Shown piece by piece: positions 36,018-45,385 of a stretch of 64,000 nucleotides of DNA. The DNA is taken from NCBI GenBank assembly GCA_038257845.1, contig JBBSQL010000011.1, forward strand, positions 9,152 through 73,151, read 5' to 3'. The first letter of the stretch is position 1. Each line of letters begins with the position of its first letter. The notes under the pieces were generated by a model. The model had not been told where the DNA came from. It saw nothing but the letters and a program-made list of their open reading frames with translations, and made no database searches. The stretch comes from Chitinophagales bacterium. Its GTDB lineage: Bacteria > Bacteroidota > Bacteroidia > Chitinophagales > Chitinophagaceae. The translations under genes were made by a program, and so were the position numbers.

Positions 36018-36042
36018 CAAAGTGGTTGCAAAATAAATTATT

Positions 36043-36624
36043 ATGAATCAACATACAAAACGGCATAATGAAGATGATTTTTCAGAAGAAACGGCGGAAA
36101 ATTTTTCTCCATCTGACGAAAATGCAGCAACAGCGCAGCATTTAACAGAAGAAAATGAAGAAAAAGCATCTGCTGAAACTGAAAAATTAAAAAAAGAGCT
36201 CGAAGAACAAAAAGCAAAATACCTGCTTTTATATGCTGATTTTGACAATTATAAACGACGTACTGCCAGGGAAAGGCTTGAATTGGAACAAACAGCCGGG
36301 AAAAGAGTTATTATTCCTTTGCTTGATTTGATGGATGATTGTGACCGGGCGGAAAAATTATTGCTGGAAGGTGAAAAAAATGGCGATCAGCACCTGGAAG
36401 GTATTTTTTTAATTTTCAATAAACTTCGATCTATTCTACAGGCCCAGGGTCTGAAACCAATGGACAGCCTGCATACAGAATTTGACGTGGAAAAACATGA
36501 AGCCATTTCTCAAATACCGGCCCCATCTAAAGGTTTGGTCGGAAAAGTGGTGGATGTAATTCAGAAAGGGTACTTTTTAAATGATAAAATCATTCGATTT
36601 GCAAAAGTGGTTGTCGGAAATTAA
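36043..36624 (+). CDS. grpE: Nucleotide exchange factor GrpE
   Basis: YLLLYADFDNYKRRTARE is the GrpE signature. dnaJ follows. Confidence 0.92.
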   Translation: MNQHTKRHNEDDFSEETAENFSPSDENAATAQHLTEENEEKASAETEKLKKELEEQKAKYLLLYADFDNYKRRTARERLELEQTAGKRVIIPLLDLMDDCDRAEKLLLEGEKNGDQHLEGIFLIFNKLRSILQAQGLKPMDSLHTEFDVEKHEAISQIPAPSKGLVGKVVDVIQKGYFLNDKIIRFAKVVVGN

Positions 36625-36673
36625 ATACATCACAACCATTAAAATTAGTTTAACCGGCTAGCTCAGTTTATAT

Positions 36674-37822
36674 ATGAAAAGAGATTATTACGAAATATTA
36701 CAGGTTACAAAGACCTCGACGCCAGATGAAATTAAAAAGTCCTACCGAAAAGTGGCTATGCAGTTTCATCCTGACAGAAACCCCGGCGATGCTTCTGCTG
36801 AAGAAAAATTTAAAGAGGCTGCTGAAGCATATGAAATTTTAAGCGATCCTGATAAAAAAGCAAAATACGACCGCTTTGGACACCAGGCATTTTCCGGTCC
36901 GGGAGGACGCGGCGCCACGAATGTAAATATGGATGATATTTTCAGCCAGTTTGGAGATATTTTCGGCGATGATGTATTTGGAAGTTTTTTCGGCGGAAAC
37001 CGCGGTGGCGGAAGCAGAAGATCTTCCGGAACAAGAGGAAGTAATTTAAGGGTAAAACTTAAATTGAATTATGAAGAAATTGCTTCTGGTGTTACCAAGA
37101 CTATCAAGGTAAAGAAATATGTAAAGTGTGAAACTTGTAATGGCTCGGGCGCAAAGGATAAAAACAGTATGCAAACCTGTTCCACCTGTGGCGGAAATGG
37201 CCAGGTAAGAAAAGTGACCAATACTTTTCTGGGGCAAATGCAAACGGTTACCACCTGCCCAACCTGCAATGGAGAAGGAACGACAATTACTGCAAAATGC
37301 ACGTCCTGTAAGGGCGATGGCCGGATTTACGGGGAGGAAATGGTGAAAGTTCAAATACCTGCAGGTGTACAGGAAGGCATGCAATTAAGCATGAATGGAA
37401 AAGGAAATGCAGGAGAAAGAGGCGGTGCCGCTGGTGACCTGATCATTTTAATAGAAGAAGAACAACATAAAGAATTGCAGCGCGATGGGCAGAATGTAGC
37501 CTATGAATTATATATCAATTTCACCGACGCTGTTTTTGGGACAAACCTGGAAGTGCCTACAATTGATGGCCGGGCAAAAATTAAAGTTCCGGCAGGTACT
37601 CAAAGCGGAAAAATTTTCAGGCTGAAAGGAAAGGGTTTTCCGGATGTAAACAGCTATTCAAAAGGCGATCAACTGATCCATGTTAATGTATGGACGCCAC
37701 AAAACCTGACACGGGAGGAAAAAGACATGCTCGAACAATTGAGCAAAAGCCCTAATTTTCATCCCCAGCCTGATAAAAATGAAAAGAATTTTTTTGATAA
37801 AGTAAAAGAAGCCTTTTCTTAA
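36674..37822 (+). CDS. dnaJ: Molecular chaperone DnaJ
   Basis: J domain with HPD (FHPDRNPGD), a G/F region and four CxxCxGxG zinc motifs. Confidence 0.95.
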   Translation: MKRDYYEILQVTKTSTPDEIKKSYRKVAMQFHPDRNPGDASAEEKFKEAAEAYEILSDPDKKAKYDRFGHQAFSGPGGRGATNVNMDDIFSQFGDIFGDDVFGSFFGGNRGGGSRRSSGTRGSNLRVKLKLNYEEIASGVTKTIKVKKYVKCETCNGSGAKDKNSMQTCSTCGGNGQVRKVTNTFLGQMQTVTTCPTCNGEGTTITAKCTSCKGDGRIYGEEMVKVQIPAGVQEGMQLSMNGKGNAGERGGAAGDLIILIEEEQHKELQRDGQNVAYELYINFTDAVFGTNLEVPTIDGRAKIKVPAGTQSGKIFRLKGKGFPDVNSYSKGDQLIHVNVWTPQNLTREEKDMLEQLSKSPNFHPQPDKNEKNFFDKVKEAFS

Positions 37823-37843
37823 TATATTTTAAAGAAAGTTTTT

Positions 37844-37870
37844 AAAACCCCCGGAAATCCGGGGTTTTTT
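37844..37870 (+). terminator. Rho-independent terminator after dnaJ
   Basis: The stem aacccccgg/ccggggtt is followed by T6. Confidence 0.85.
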
Positions 37871-38028
37871 ATGCAGTTTATTGAAACCAGACATATAAAA
37901 TTTTATCAAAATTGATCTTTTGAAAGCGATTTATTAAACTGCCAATAAATTTCAAATAAATATTTTACCATTTATCCAATAATGTTACCGTCTGAGCTAT
38001 TGCCATGTACTATGTATTACATAGTATC

Positions 38029-38036
38029 TACTTTTG
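38029..38036 (+). promoter_or_regulatory. Bacteroidota -7 box TACTTTTG
   Basis: Exact TAnnTTTG match, 38 nt upstream of the ATG at 38075. Confidence 0.4.
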
Positions 38037-38074
38037 TCATGTAATAATTTTAAACAAGTACTAAATTAAATATC

Positions 38075-38518
38075 ATGAAAAAGATTGCAGTTTATGCCAC
38101 AATCGTCATTGTCTCTGTTTTGGGTGTTATTTTTTTTAATCCCATAAAAACATTTATCCTCCCGGAAAAACCCGAAGTAAAGGAAGTAAATTTAAATATT
38201 GGTACTGAAAAAAGATACGCGCTTCCGGTATATGCAAATGCGGTAGCTGATGTACAAATCACCATCACGAAATGGCATGGCAATACTCCTTCTTTATTAT
38301 GGGAAAAAACATTAAATAACATTCAATTGAAAGAAAATGCAGGTTTAGATAAAATCGAAGCTCAGTCTGTAACCATACCCAATATCAGCAACAGGAGAGA
38401 CCGCATCGTAGTTAAATACCTTGTTACTTATAAGGACCAGGGAAGTGAAGTGCAATTGGCCTATTATGCTGATTTAACAAAAGGAGACAAAGAAGATTCT
38501 GTGGATGTCACCATTTAA
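38075..38518 (+). CDS. Membrane-anchored hypothetical protein
   Basis: N-terminal TM or signal anchor. No family recognised. Confidence 0.55.
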   Translation: MKKIAVYATIVIVSVLGVIFFNPIKTFILPEKPEVKEVNLNIGTEKRYALPVYANAVADVQITITKWHGNTPSLLWEKTLNNIQLKENAGLDKIEAQSVTIPNISNRRDRIVVKYLVTYKDQGSEVQLAYYADLTKGDKEDSVDVTI

Positions 38519-38586
38519 AACCTGGATTTAAATTCATATCCCAGGATGACAGTCTCTACAATAAAATCATTTCCTATTTTTGTACA

Positions 38587-39096
38587 ATGAAAATGTTCAA
38601 ATGTGTTGCGCTGTTGTTTTTTATAAGCACAATACCAGTAATTGTAAAAGCGCAACAGTTGCCTCAAATCCCGGAAAATGCAGCTATGCGTACGACAGAA
38701 GACTTCGAAGCTGCGGAACCTCTTGTCATTGAATCCGCAACCTGGCTGATCAATACCGACCTTGACAAATACCCGCAGGAAAGAAAAAAAATAAATGAAT
38801 TTGTCTGGAAATGGGTCAGCGGAACCCCGGCCTTAACCATTGATATAACGGATGAACTAACCAAATTGTATGAGAACAATATCCAGTTACTCAATATCTT
38901 TTTAGCAGCTTATGCCGGTTATTATATTCAACATAAAACTGATTTTTCCAATCTTGCTGCCAGCCGCGAAGGTATTCATGCCATCCTCCTGGTATATAAT
39001 AAAGGCAAAGAAATTAAAAAAAATAAACAAATGGAAAAGATCTCCCGTTTGCCACCGGCTGAACTGGAAGCATATATTGTCGAAAAATTTAAATGA
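38587..39096 (+). CDS. Secreted hypothetical protein
   Basis: Signal peptide (MKMFKCVALLFFISTIPVIVKAQ). No family recognised. Confidence 0.55.
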   Translation: MKMFKCVALLFFISTIPVIVKAQQLPQIPENAAMRTTEDFEAAEPLVIESATWLINTDLDKYPQERKKINEFVWKWVSGTPALTIDITDELTKLYENNIQLLNIFLAAYAGYYIQHKTDFSNLAASREGIHAILLVYNKGKEIKKNKQMEKISRLPPAELEAYIVEKFK

Positions 39097-39210
39097 TTTT
39101 CCCAACAAAAACACAATTTTGAGGAAAATTTTTGAAACACCACGCGAAAAGTTTCTGTTAAATTTTTATTTTCCAATGCAAGCTCCTATCTTCGCGCTCC
39201 CAAAAATTAT

Positions 39211-39429
39211 ATGTCGAAACAGCCACTTATTAAACAGGACGGAATTATTCAGGAAGCATTAAGTAATGCAATGTTTAGAGTGAAGCTGGAAAACGGTCAT
39301 GAAATATTAGCCACAATCTCAGGGAAAATGAGGATGCATTATATCCGCATCTTGCCGGGAGATAAAGTTGGTGTGGAGATGAGCCCGTATGATTTGAGCA
39401 GGGGAAGAATAATTTTCAGGTATAAATAA
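39211..39429 (+). CDS. infA: Translation initiation factor IF-1
   Basis: The 72-aa protein [34 protein letters not shown]...ILPGDKV is canonical. Confidence 0.97.
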   Translation: MSKQPLIKQDGIIQEALSNAMFRVKLENGHEILATISGKMRMHYIRILPGDKVGVEMSPYDLSRGRIIFRYK

Positions 39430-39502
39430 CCTGTTCATTAAACTTAAAATTTAAAATTGTTTTATTAATGCAGGTTGAACCTGTTTATAAAAAAAATAGA
39501 TC

Positions 39503-39619
39503 ATGAAAGTCAGGGCATCAATTAAAAAACGTAGCGTGGACTGCAAAATCGTTCGCAGGAAGGGCAGGTTATATGTAATTAACAAAAAAAATCCTCGCTT
39601 TAAGCAGCGCCAGGGATAA
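39503..39619 (+). CDS. rpmJ: 50S ribosomal protein L36 (38 aa, below the ORF-track cutoff)
   Basis: My own translation is [38 protein letters not shown]. It sits between infA and rpsM. Confidence 0.95.
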   Translation: MKVRASIKKRSVDCKIVRRKGRLYVINKKNPRFKQRQG

Positions 39620-39649
39620 TCATTTATACACAAAAATCAAAGTTTTTAT

Positions 39650-40030
39650 ATGGCTCGTATAGCTGGTATTGATTTACCAAAAAACAAAAGGGGTGAAATA
39701 GGCCTTACCTATATTTATGGCATTGGCCGCTCAAGGGCAAGGGATATTTTGGATAAAGCAGGTGTTGGTTACGATAAGAAAGTGAATGAATGGGATGATG
39801 ACGAGCAAGGTGCTATCCGGAATGTTATCAGTAATGAATTTAAAGTAGAAGGCGCATTGCGCAGCGAAGTGCAAACAAGCATTAAGCGATTGCTGGATAT
39901 TGCCTGTTACAGGGGCTTACGCCACAGGAAAGGTTTACCGGTAAGAGGACAACGTACCCGTACGAACAGTCGTACCCGTAAAGGAAAGCGTAAGACAGTT
40001 GCTGGCAAGAAAAAAGCACCGAAGAAATAA
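39650..40030 (+). CDS. rpsM: 30S ribosomal protein S13
   Basis: Begins [14 protein letters not shown]...GIGRSRA. Confidence 0.97.
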   Translation: MARIAGIDLPKNKRGEIGLTYIYGIGRSRARDILDKAGVGYDKKVNEWDDDEQGAIRNVISNEFKVEGALRSEVQTSIKRLLDIACYRGLRHRKGLPVRGQRTRTNSRTRKGKRKTVAGKKKAPKK

Positions 40031-40180
40031 AATTATACCAGGCTTGCATGTAAATGCTTGCCTGGTGTTTTTATACAAACCCCGGTTTTATGGATCGTTT
40101 TAATAAATTAAAACAGGAGTAAAACCAGGTAACCCGAAAAGGGTTCATTTAATAAAAATCAGATTACCTAAAAAAATCAA

Positions 40181-40585
40181 ATGGCTAAAGAACAAAAAGG
40201 CGGACAAAAAGCAACTTCCAAAAAAAGAATTGTAAAAGTAGATGCTTATGGTGAAGCACATATCAATGCTACATTTAATAATATTATCGTTTCCCTTACG
40301 AATAAACAGGGGCAGGTTATTTCCTGGTCCTCCGCAGGAAAAATGAAGTTTCGCGGATCAAAGAAAAATACTCCTTATGCAGCGCAGACAGCCGCGCAGG
40401 ATGCAGCTAAAATTGCCATGGATGCAGGCCTGAAAAAAGTGGATGTATATGTAAAAGGGCCCGGGTCAGGCCGTGAAGGAGCTATTCGCTCCCTGGCACA
40501 AAGTGGTATTGAAATTGCCATGATCAAAGACGTAACTCCAATGCCGCACAATGGTTGCCGTCCACCCAAAAAGAGAAGAGTTTAA
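40181..40585 (+). CDS. rpsK: 30S ribosomal protein S11
   Basis: Contains [16 protein letters not shown]...[11 protein letters not shown]. Confidence 0.97.
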   Translation: MAKEQKGGQKATSKKRIVKVDAYGEAHINATFNNIIVSLTNKQGQVISWSSAGKMKFRGSKKNTPYAAQTAAQDAAKIAMDAGLKKVDVYVKGPGSGREGAIRSLAQSGIEIAMIKDVTPMPHNGCRPPKKRRV

Positions 40586-40694
40586 TTTATTCAATATTTT
40601 TTCAAACCCATAAGGGTATTCTTAAACACGGGTAAGTTATTCATTTTAGATTTTTACTGATAGCTTACCGACATTAAAAAATCAAAAAAAATAA

Positions 40695-41300
40695 ATGGCA
40701 CGTTACACAGGACCTAAAACAAAAATTTCCCGCATGTTCGGGGAACCCATCCTGGGAAACGGGAAATGGCTGACAAAAAACAGCAATCCCCCAGGTATGC
40801 ATGGCGCTACACGTAAAAGAAAAACGCTGGGCGAATATGCACTTCAATTGAAAGAAAAGCAAAAGGCTAAATACACGTATGGCGTTTTAGAAAGGCAATT
40901 CCACAACACTTTTGACAAAGCAGCAAGGCTGAAAGGCGTTACCGGTGAAAACCTGATTCGCTTATTGGAAGCACGTTTGGATAACACTGTCTTCCGTCTT
41001 GGTATTGCTCCTTCAAGGCCGGCAGCCCGCCAGCTTGTAAGCCATAAACACATTATGGTAAATGATAGCGTAGTAAATATACCTTCTTACCAGTTGAAAC
41101 CAGGTGATAAGATCAGCTTTAAAGATAAGAGTGGTAACAATGCATCATTGACTAGTTTCATCAGGAGAAAGAATAATAAATTTACCTGGCTGGACTGGAA
41201 TGATAATGAAAAGAAAGGCACATTTGTAACATTCCCGGACAGGGAAAATGTTCCTGAAAATATCCGCGAACAATTGATCGTGGAATTGTATTCTAAATAA
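40695..41300 (+). CDS. rpsD: 30S ribosomal protein S4
   Basis: Begins MARYTGPKTKISRMFG and has an S4 domain. Confidence 0.97.
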   Translation: MARYTGPKTKISRMFGEPILGNGKWLTKNSNPPGMHGATRKRKTLGEYALQLKEKQKAKYTYGVLERQFHNTFDKAARLKGVTGENLIRLLEARLDNTVFRLGIAPSRPAARQLVSHKHIMVNDSVVNIPSYQLKPGDKISFKDKSGNNASLTSFIRRKNNKFTWLDWNDNEKKGTFVTFPDRENVPENIREQLIVELYSK

Positions 41301-41365
41301 AAGATTGAAAACCATTTTCAAAATTCCCGGGTTTAAAAATCCGGAAAAAAATTAAAAATAGATAT

Positions 41366-42367
41366 ATGTCAATATTGAATTTTCAAAAACCCGACAAAAT
41401 TGTTTTACAAAAAGTAACTGATTTTGAAGGCCAGTTTGAATTCCGTCCATTAGAACCAGGATTTGGTTTGACAATCGGAAACGCGCTTAGAAGGGTTTTA
41501 TTAAGCAGCCTGGAAGGTTATGCTATCATCGGTATAAAAATTGAAGGCATTGATCATGAGTTTGCCACTTTAAAAGGTGTTACTGAAGATGTAACGGAGA
41601 TGATCCTTAACCTCAAACAAGTTCGTTTCAAAAAATTGACAGACCAGGAAATCAGTACTGAAAAAATCACATTGAATATTCAGAACAGTACTGAATTCAA
41701 TGCCGGCATGATCGGAGAAGCTACACAGCTATTCCAGGTAATGAATCCAAATCAACTGATTTGCACACTGGATACTTCTGCCAGCATTCTTATAGAAATT
41801 ACCATTGGTAAAGGCCGCGGATATGTGCCTTCAGAAGAAAATAAAATTAAAGACACTCCATTTGGCTATATCCCAATTGATTCAATTCATACACCCATCA
41901 AAAACGTAAAATATTCTATCGAAAATTATCGTGTAGAGCAAAAAACGGATTTTGAAAAATTGATCCTGGAAGTAGCAACAGACGGTACAATCAACCCGGA
42001 AGAAGCAGTAAAACAAGCTTCCCGGATTATGATCCAGCACCTTATGATCATTACGGATGAGAATATCACTTTTGATAATAAGGAAGACAAAAAAGAGGAT
42101 GTGGTAGATGAGCAGGTATTGCAATTAAGGAAAATTTTAAAGACACCATTGGAAGACCTCGATCTTTCTGTACGTGCCTTTAACTGCCTGAAAGCCGCTA
42201 AGATCAATTCATTGAGCGAACTTGTTCAGTATGAGCAGGAAGACCTTATGAAATTCCGGAATTTCGGACAAAAATCATTGAGTGAAATTGAGCAGGTGCT
42301 TGGCGAAAGAGGGTTGCATTTTGGTATGGACCTTCCGAAACTGGGTTTAACTGATCTTGATAATTAA
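41366..42367 (+). CDS. rpoA: DNA-directed RNA polymerase alpha subunit
   Basis: The N-terminal domain has GNALRRVLLSS. The C-terminal domain has LDLSVRAFNCLKAAKI. Confidence 0.97.
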   Translation: MSILNFQKPDKIVLQKVTDFEGQFEFRPLEPGFGLTIGNALRRVLLSSLEGYAIIGIKIEGIDHEFATLKGVTEDVTEMILNLKQVRFKKLTDQEISTEKITLNIQNSTEFNAGMIGEATQLFQVMNPNQLICTLDTSASILIEITIGKGRGYVPSEENKIKDTPFGYIPIDSIHTPIKNVKYSIENYRVEQKTDFEKLILEVATDGTINPEEAVKQASRIMIQHLMIITDENITFDNKEDKKEDVVDEQVLQLRKILKTPLEDLDLSVRAFNCLKAAKINSLSELVQYEQEDLMKFRNFGQKSLSEIEQVLGERGLHFGMDLPKLGLTDLDN

Positions 42368-42462
42368 TATTTTAAAAATGGGGTTGGTTTAAGACATCAA
42401 CCCCTTTACTATTCACAAAATCCTGCAATTCCTGACACGGTGCAGGGTCATAAAAAACAGTC

Positions 42463-43227
42463 ATGAGACACGGAAATAAAAACAATAACCTCGGCCGGAA
42501 AAAAGCACACAGAGTTGCACTACTAAGTAATCTTGCCAGCCAATTGATCGTTCATAAACGTATTACAACAACTTTAGCCAAAGCAAAAGTTTTACGTACT
42601 TATATAGAACCACTTATTACAAAAACCAAACATTCAGAAAGCAGCCAGGATATTATGCACCAGCACAGGGTTGTATTCAGTTACCTGCAGGATAAAGAAG
42701 CAGTAAAAGAATTATTCACTGTAGTAGGCCCGAAAATCGCCAGCCGCCCCGGTGGTTATACCCGCATCTTAAAATTAGGAATACGGGTGGGTGATAATGC
42801 TCCGAAAGCGATGATCGAATTGGTAGATTTTAATGACGTTTATACAAAAGGCACTTCAAAAACTGAAGAAGGCAAAAAAACAAGACGTGGCAGAAGCGGT
42901 ACCAAAAAAGCTGTAACCACTAAACCTGTTGCTAAAAAAGAAACGCTTGAAACAGCAACAGAATCTACAACGGATGACCTGAAAAAAATTGAAGGTATAG
43001 GCCCTAAAGCAGAAGAAGCATTACAAGCTGCAGGCATTGATTCTTATGAAAAAATGGCTGCTTCAACACCGGAAGCATTAAAAGAAATTTTAGATGCTGC
43101 CGATGGACAATTTAATGCACAGGATCCAACAAGTTGGCCCGAACAAGCCGGTCTTGCCGCAAAAGGAAACTGGGATGAATTGAAAACTTTACAGGATCAT
43201 CTCATTGCAGGCAGAGAAGCTAAATAA
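42463..43227 (+). CDS. rplQ: 50S ribosomal protein L17 with a 130-aa C-terminal extension (basic linker plus HhH-like module)
   Basis: [25 protein letters not shown]...GGYTRILK forms the L17 core, ending near aa 123. A K/T-rich linker and [21 protein letters not shown]...[17 protein letters not shown] follow. Confidence 0.9.
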   Translation: MRHGNKNNNLGRKKAHRVALLSNLASQLIVHKRITTTLAKAKVLRTYIEPLITKTKHSESSQDIMHQHRVVFSYLQDKEAVKELFTVVGPKIASRPGGYTRILKLGIRVGDNAPKAMIELVDFNDVYTKGTSKTEEGKKTRRGRSGTKKAVTTKPVAKKETLETATESTTDDLKKIEGIGPKAEEALQAAGIDSYEKMAASTPEALKEILDAADGQFNAQDPTSWPEQAGLAAKGNWDELKTLQDHLIAGREAK

Positions 43228-43248
43228 ACATGTTTTGAAAATAAAAAT

Positions 43249-43278
43249 AAAAAGCCCGGGAAATATCCGGGTTTTTTT
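43249..43278 (+). terminator. Rho-independent terminator after rplQ
   Basis: The stem gcccgg/ccgggt is followed by T7. Confidence 0.85.
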
Positions 43279-43327
43279 GTGTTCATACATTTCATATTTT
43301 TTGACATCCTGTCATGAATATATAAAC

Positions 43328-43343
43328 TGGTATTTTTTTTGCC
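43328..43343 (+). promoter_or_regulatory. Stress-box TGGTAT-TTTTT-TTGCC (GG-N10-GC) upstream of htpG
   Basis: It starts 50 nt upstream of the htpG ATG. The palindrome TGACA-TCC-TGTCA lies just upstream (43302-43314). Confidence 0.5.
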
Positions 43344-43377
43344 AAATTGTTTACACGTTTAAATCAAATAAAAATTT

Positions 43378-45288
43378 ATGCCCAAAGGACAAATTAAAGT
43401 ACAAGCAGAGAATATATTTCCCATCATCAAAAAATTCCTCTACAGTGATCATGAAATATTTGTGCGGGAATTGGTGAGTAATGCAGTAGATGCGACTCAA
43501 AAAATAAAAACCCTTTCTTCCATTGGTGAAGCAAAGGGAGAATTAGGTGATCTTCGGATTGATGTGATTTTAAATCCAACTTTAAAAACACTTACTATTT
43601 CAGATCATGGTGTTGGAATGACGAAAGATGAAGTGGAAAAATACATCAACCAGGTCGCATTCAGCGGCGCTGAAGAATTCCTGGATAAGTTTAAAGATGC
43701 CAGTATTATCGGTCATTTCGGCCTGGGATTTTACAGCGCTTTTATGGTCAGTGATGAGGTGGAAATATTTACCAAAAGCTTTAAAGATGAGCCAGCAATG
43801 CATTGGGTTTGTGACGGCAGCCCGGAATACGAACTGGAAGAAACAGAAAAAGCAGAACGCGGCACTTCCATCGTTTTACATATCAATGAAGAGAGCAAAG
43901 AATTCCTGGAACCTCACCGCATAGAAAGTATTTTGAATAAATTCTGCCGGTTTCTTCCTGTTCCCATTTATTTTAAAAATACCGATGAAAAAATTGAAGA
44001 AATAAAAGAAGGTGAAATTGGAGAAGCTAAAGAAGTAATTGAAGAAAAACCCATCAATAATACAAATCCATTATGGGTACAAAAACCATCTACACTAACT
44101 GATAAAGATTACCAGGATTTTTATAAAGAATTATATCCATTTAGTGAAACGCCACTTTTCTGGATCCACCTGAATGTAGATTATCCATTTCACCTCACGG
44201 GCATTTTATATTTTCCGAAGATCAAACAGAGTTTTGAAATACAAAAAGATAAAATCCAATTATATAGCAACCAGGTATTTGTAACGGATGAAGTGAAGGA
44301 TATTGTGCCTGAGTTTTTAATGCTGATGCATGGCGTGATAGACAGCCCGGATATTCCATTGAATGTTAGTCGCAGCTATTTACAGGGCGATCCGAATGTG
44401 AAAAAAATCAATGCACACATCACCAAGAAAGTGGCAGATAAACTCGAAGAAATTTTCAATAATGACCGTAAATCTTTTGAGGCAAAATGGGAAAGCCTGG
44501 GTTTGTTTGTAAAATATGGTATGATGACGGAAGATAAATTCCTGGAAAAAGCCATCCACTTTTTCGTCATGGAAACGACTGAAAAACCGGAAGGCCATTT
44601 TTATACTTTGGATGAATATAAAACTGCAACAGAAACTCTACAGAAAAATAAAGAAGGAAAGTATATAATTATTTATGCCACAAATCCTACACAACAGGAT
44701 GCTTATATCCAGGCTTGCGAAAAGTTTGGGTATAAAGTTGTAATGCTGGAAACACTTGTGGATACTGCGTTTATAAATGCGATGGAAATGAAATGGAATG
44801 ATGTTCATTTTGTTCGAGTGGATGCAGATATTCCTGAAAACCTCGTTGACAAAAATGAACAGGCCGAAAGTGTTTTATCAAAAGATGATACCGAGAAATT
44901 GAAAGCATTATTCACTTTTGAAATGCCGGGTTTGCATGTAAATACTGAAATAAAAGGTTTGAGTGAACATACGCCTCCGGTAATTGCAACGAGGCCTGAA
45001 TTTACGCGCCGTATGAAAGACATGGCCGCTATGAATGGCAATGGCATGTCATCATTTTACGCCCAAATGCCTGATGAAGTATCACTCACTGTAAATGGTA
45101 ATCATCCCGTTTATTCAAAAATTTTAAGTGAGGAAAATAAAGAACAGCAGGAAAAACAAGTGCGGAATTTAGCAGACCTCGCCTTGCTGTCGCAAGGCCT
45201 ATTAAAAGGAAATGAACTTACAGCATTTATTAGCCGCAGCGTAGAATTAATGGAAAATAATAGCAAGAAAATCATAACTGATATTTAA
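43378..45288 (+). CDS. htpG: Molecular chaperone HtpG (Hsp90)
   Basis: Contains LYSDHEIFVRELVSNAVDA and GHFGLGFYSAFMV. The 636-aa length is typical. Confidence 0.96.
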   Translation: MPKGQIKVQAENIFPIIKKFLYSDHEIFVRELVSNAVDATQKIKTLSSIGEAKGELGDLRIDVILNPTLKTLTISDHGVGMTKDEVEKYINQVAFSGAEEFLDKFKDASIIGHFGLGFYSAFMVSDEVEIFTKSFKDEPAMHWVCDGSPEYELEETEKAERGTSIVLHINEESKEFLEPHRIESILNKFCRFLPVPIYFKNTDEKIEEIKEGEIGEAKEVIEEKPINNTNPLWVQKPSTLTDKDYQDFYKELYPFSETPLFWIHLNVDYPFHLTGILYFPKIKQSFEIQKDKIQLYSNQVFVTDEVKDIVPEFLMLMHGVIDSPDIPLNVSRSYLQGDPNVKKINAHITKKVADKLEEIFNNDRKSFEAKWESLGLFVKYGMMTEDKFLEKAIHFFVMETTEKPEGHFYTLDEYKTATETLQKNKEGKYIIIYATNPTQQDAYIQACEKFGYKVVMLETLVDTAFINAMEMKWNDVHFVRVDADIPENLVDKNEQAESVLSKDDTEKLKALFTFEMPGLHVNTEIKGLSEHTPPVIATRPEFTRRMKDMAAMNGNGMSSFYAQMPDEVSLTVNGNHPVYSKILSEENKEQQEKQVRNLADLALLSQGLLKGNELTAFISRSVELMENNSKKIITDI

Positions 45289-45328
45289 TTTTTATTTTTA
45301 ATATCCACAGAACGCTTTCAAAAAGTTC

Positions 45329-45364
45329 AAAAAAAATAACCAGGCATCAACCTGGTTATTTTTT
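45329..45364. terminator. Bidirectional terminator between htpG and pckA
   Basis: The stem ataaccagg/cctggttat is flanked by A8 and T6. Confidence 0.85.
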
Positions 45365-45385
45365 AAATATTTATATGATTAGTAT

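Noticed and set aside
35845-36042. CIRCE/HrcA operator upstream of grpE-dnaJ
   Set aside because: No TTAGCACTC-N9-GAGTGCTAA-like inverted repeat is present.
43205-43477. ORF of 90 aa spanning the rplQ end and the htpG start
   Set aside because: It crosses the rplQ terminator and the htpG promoter region and overlaps both genes. Its translation is non-protein-like.
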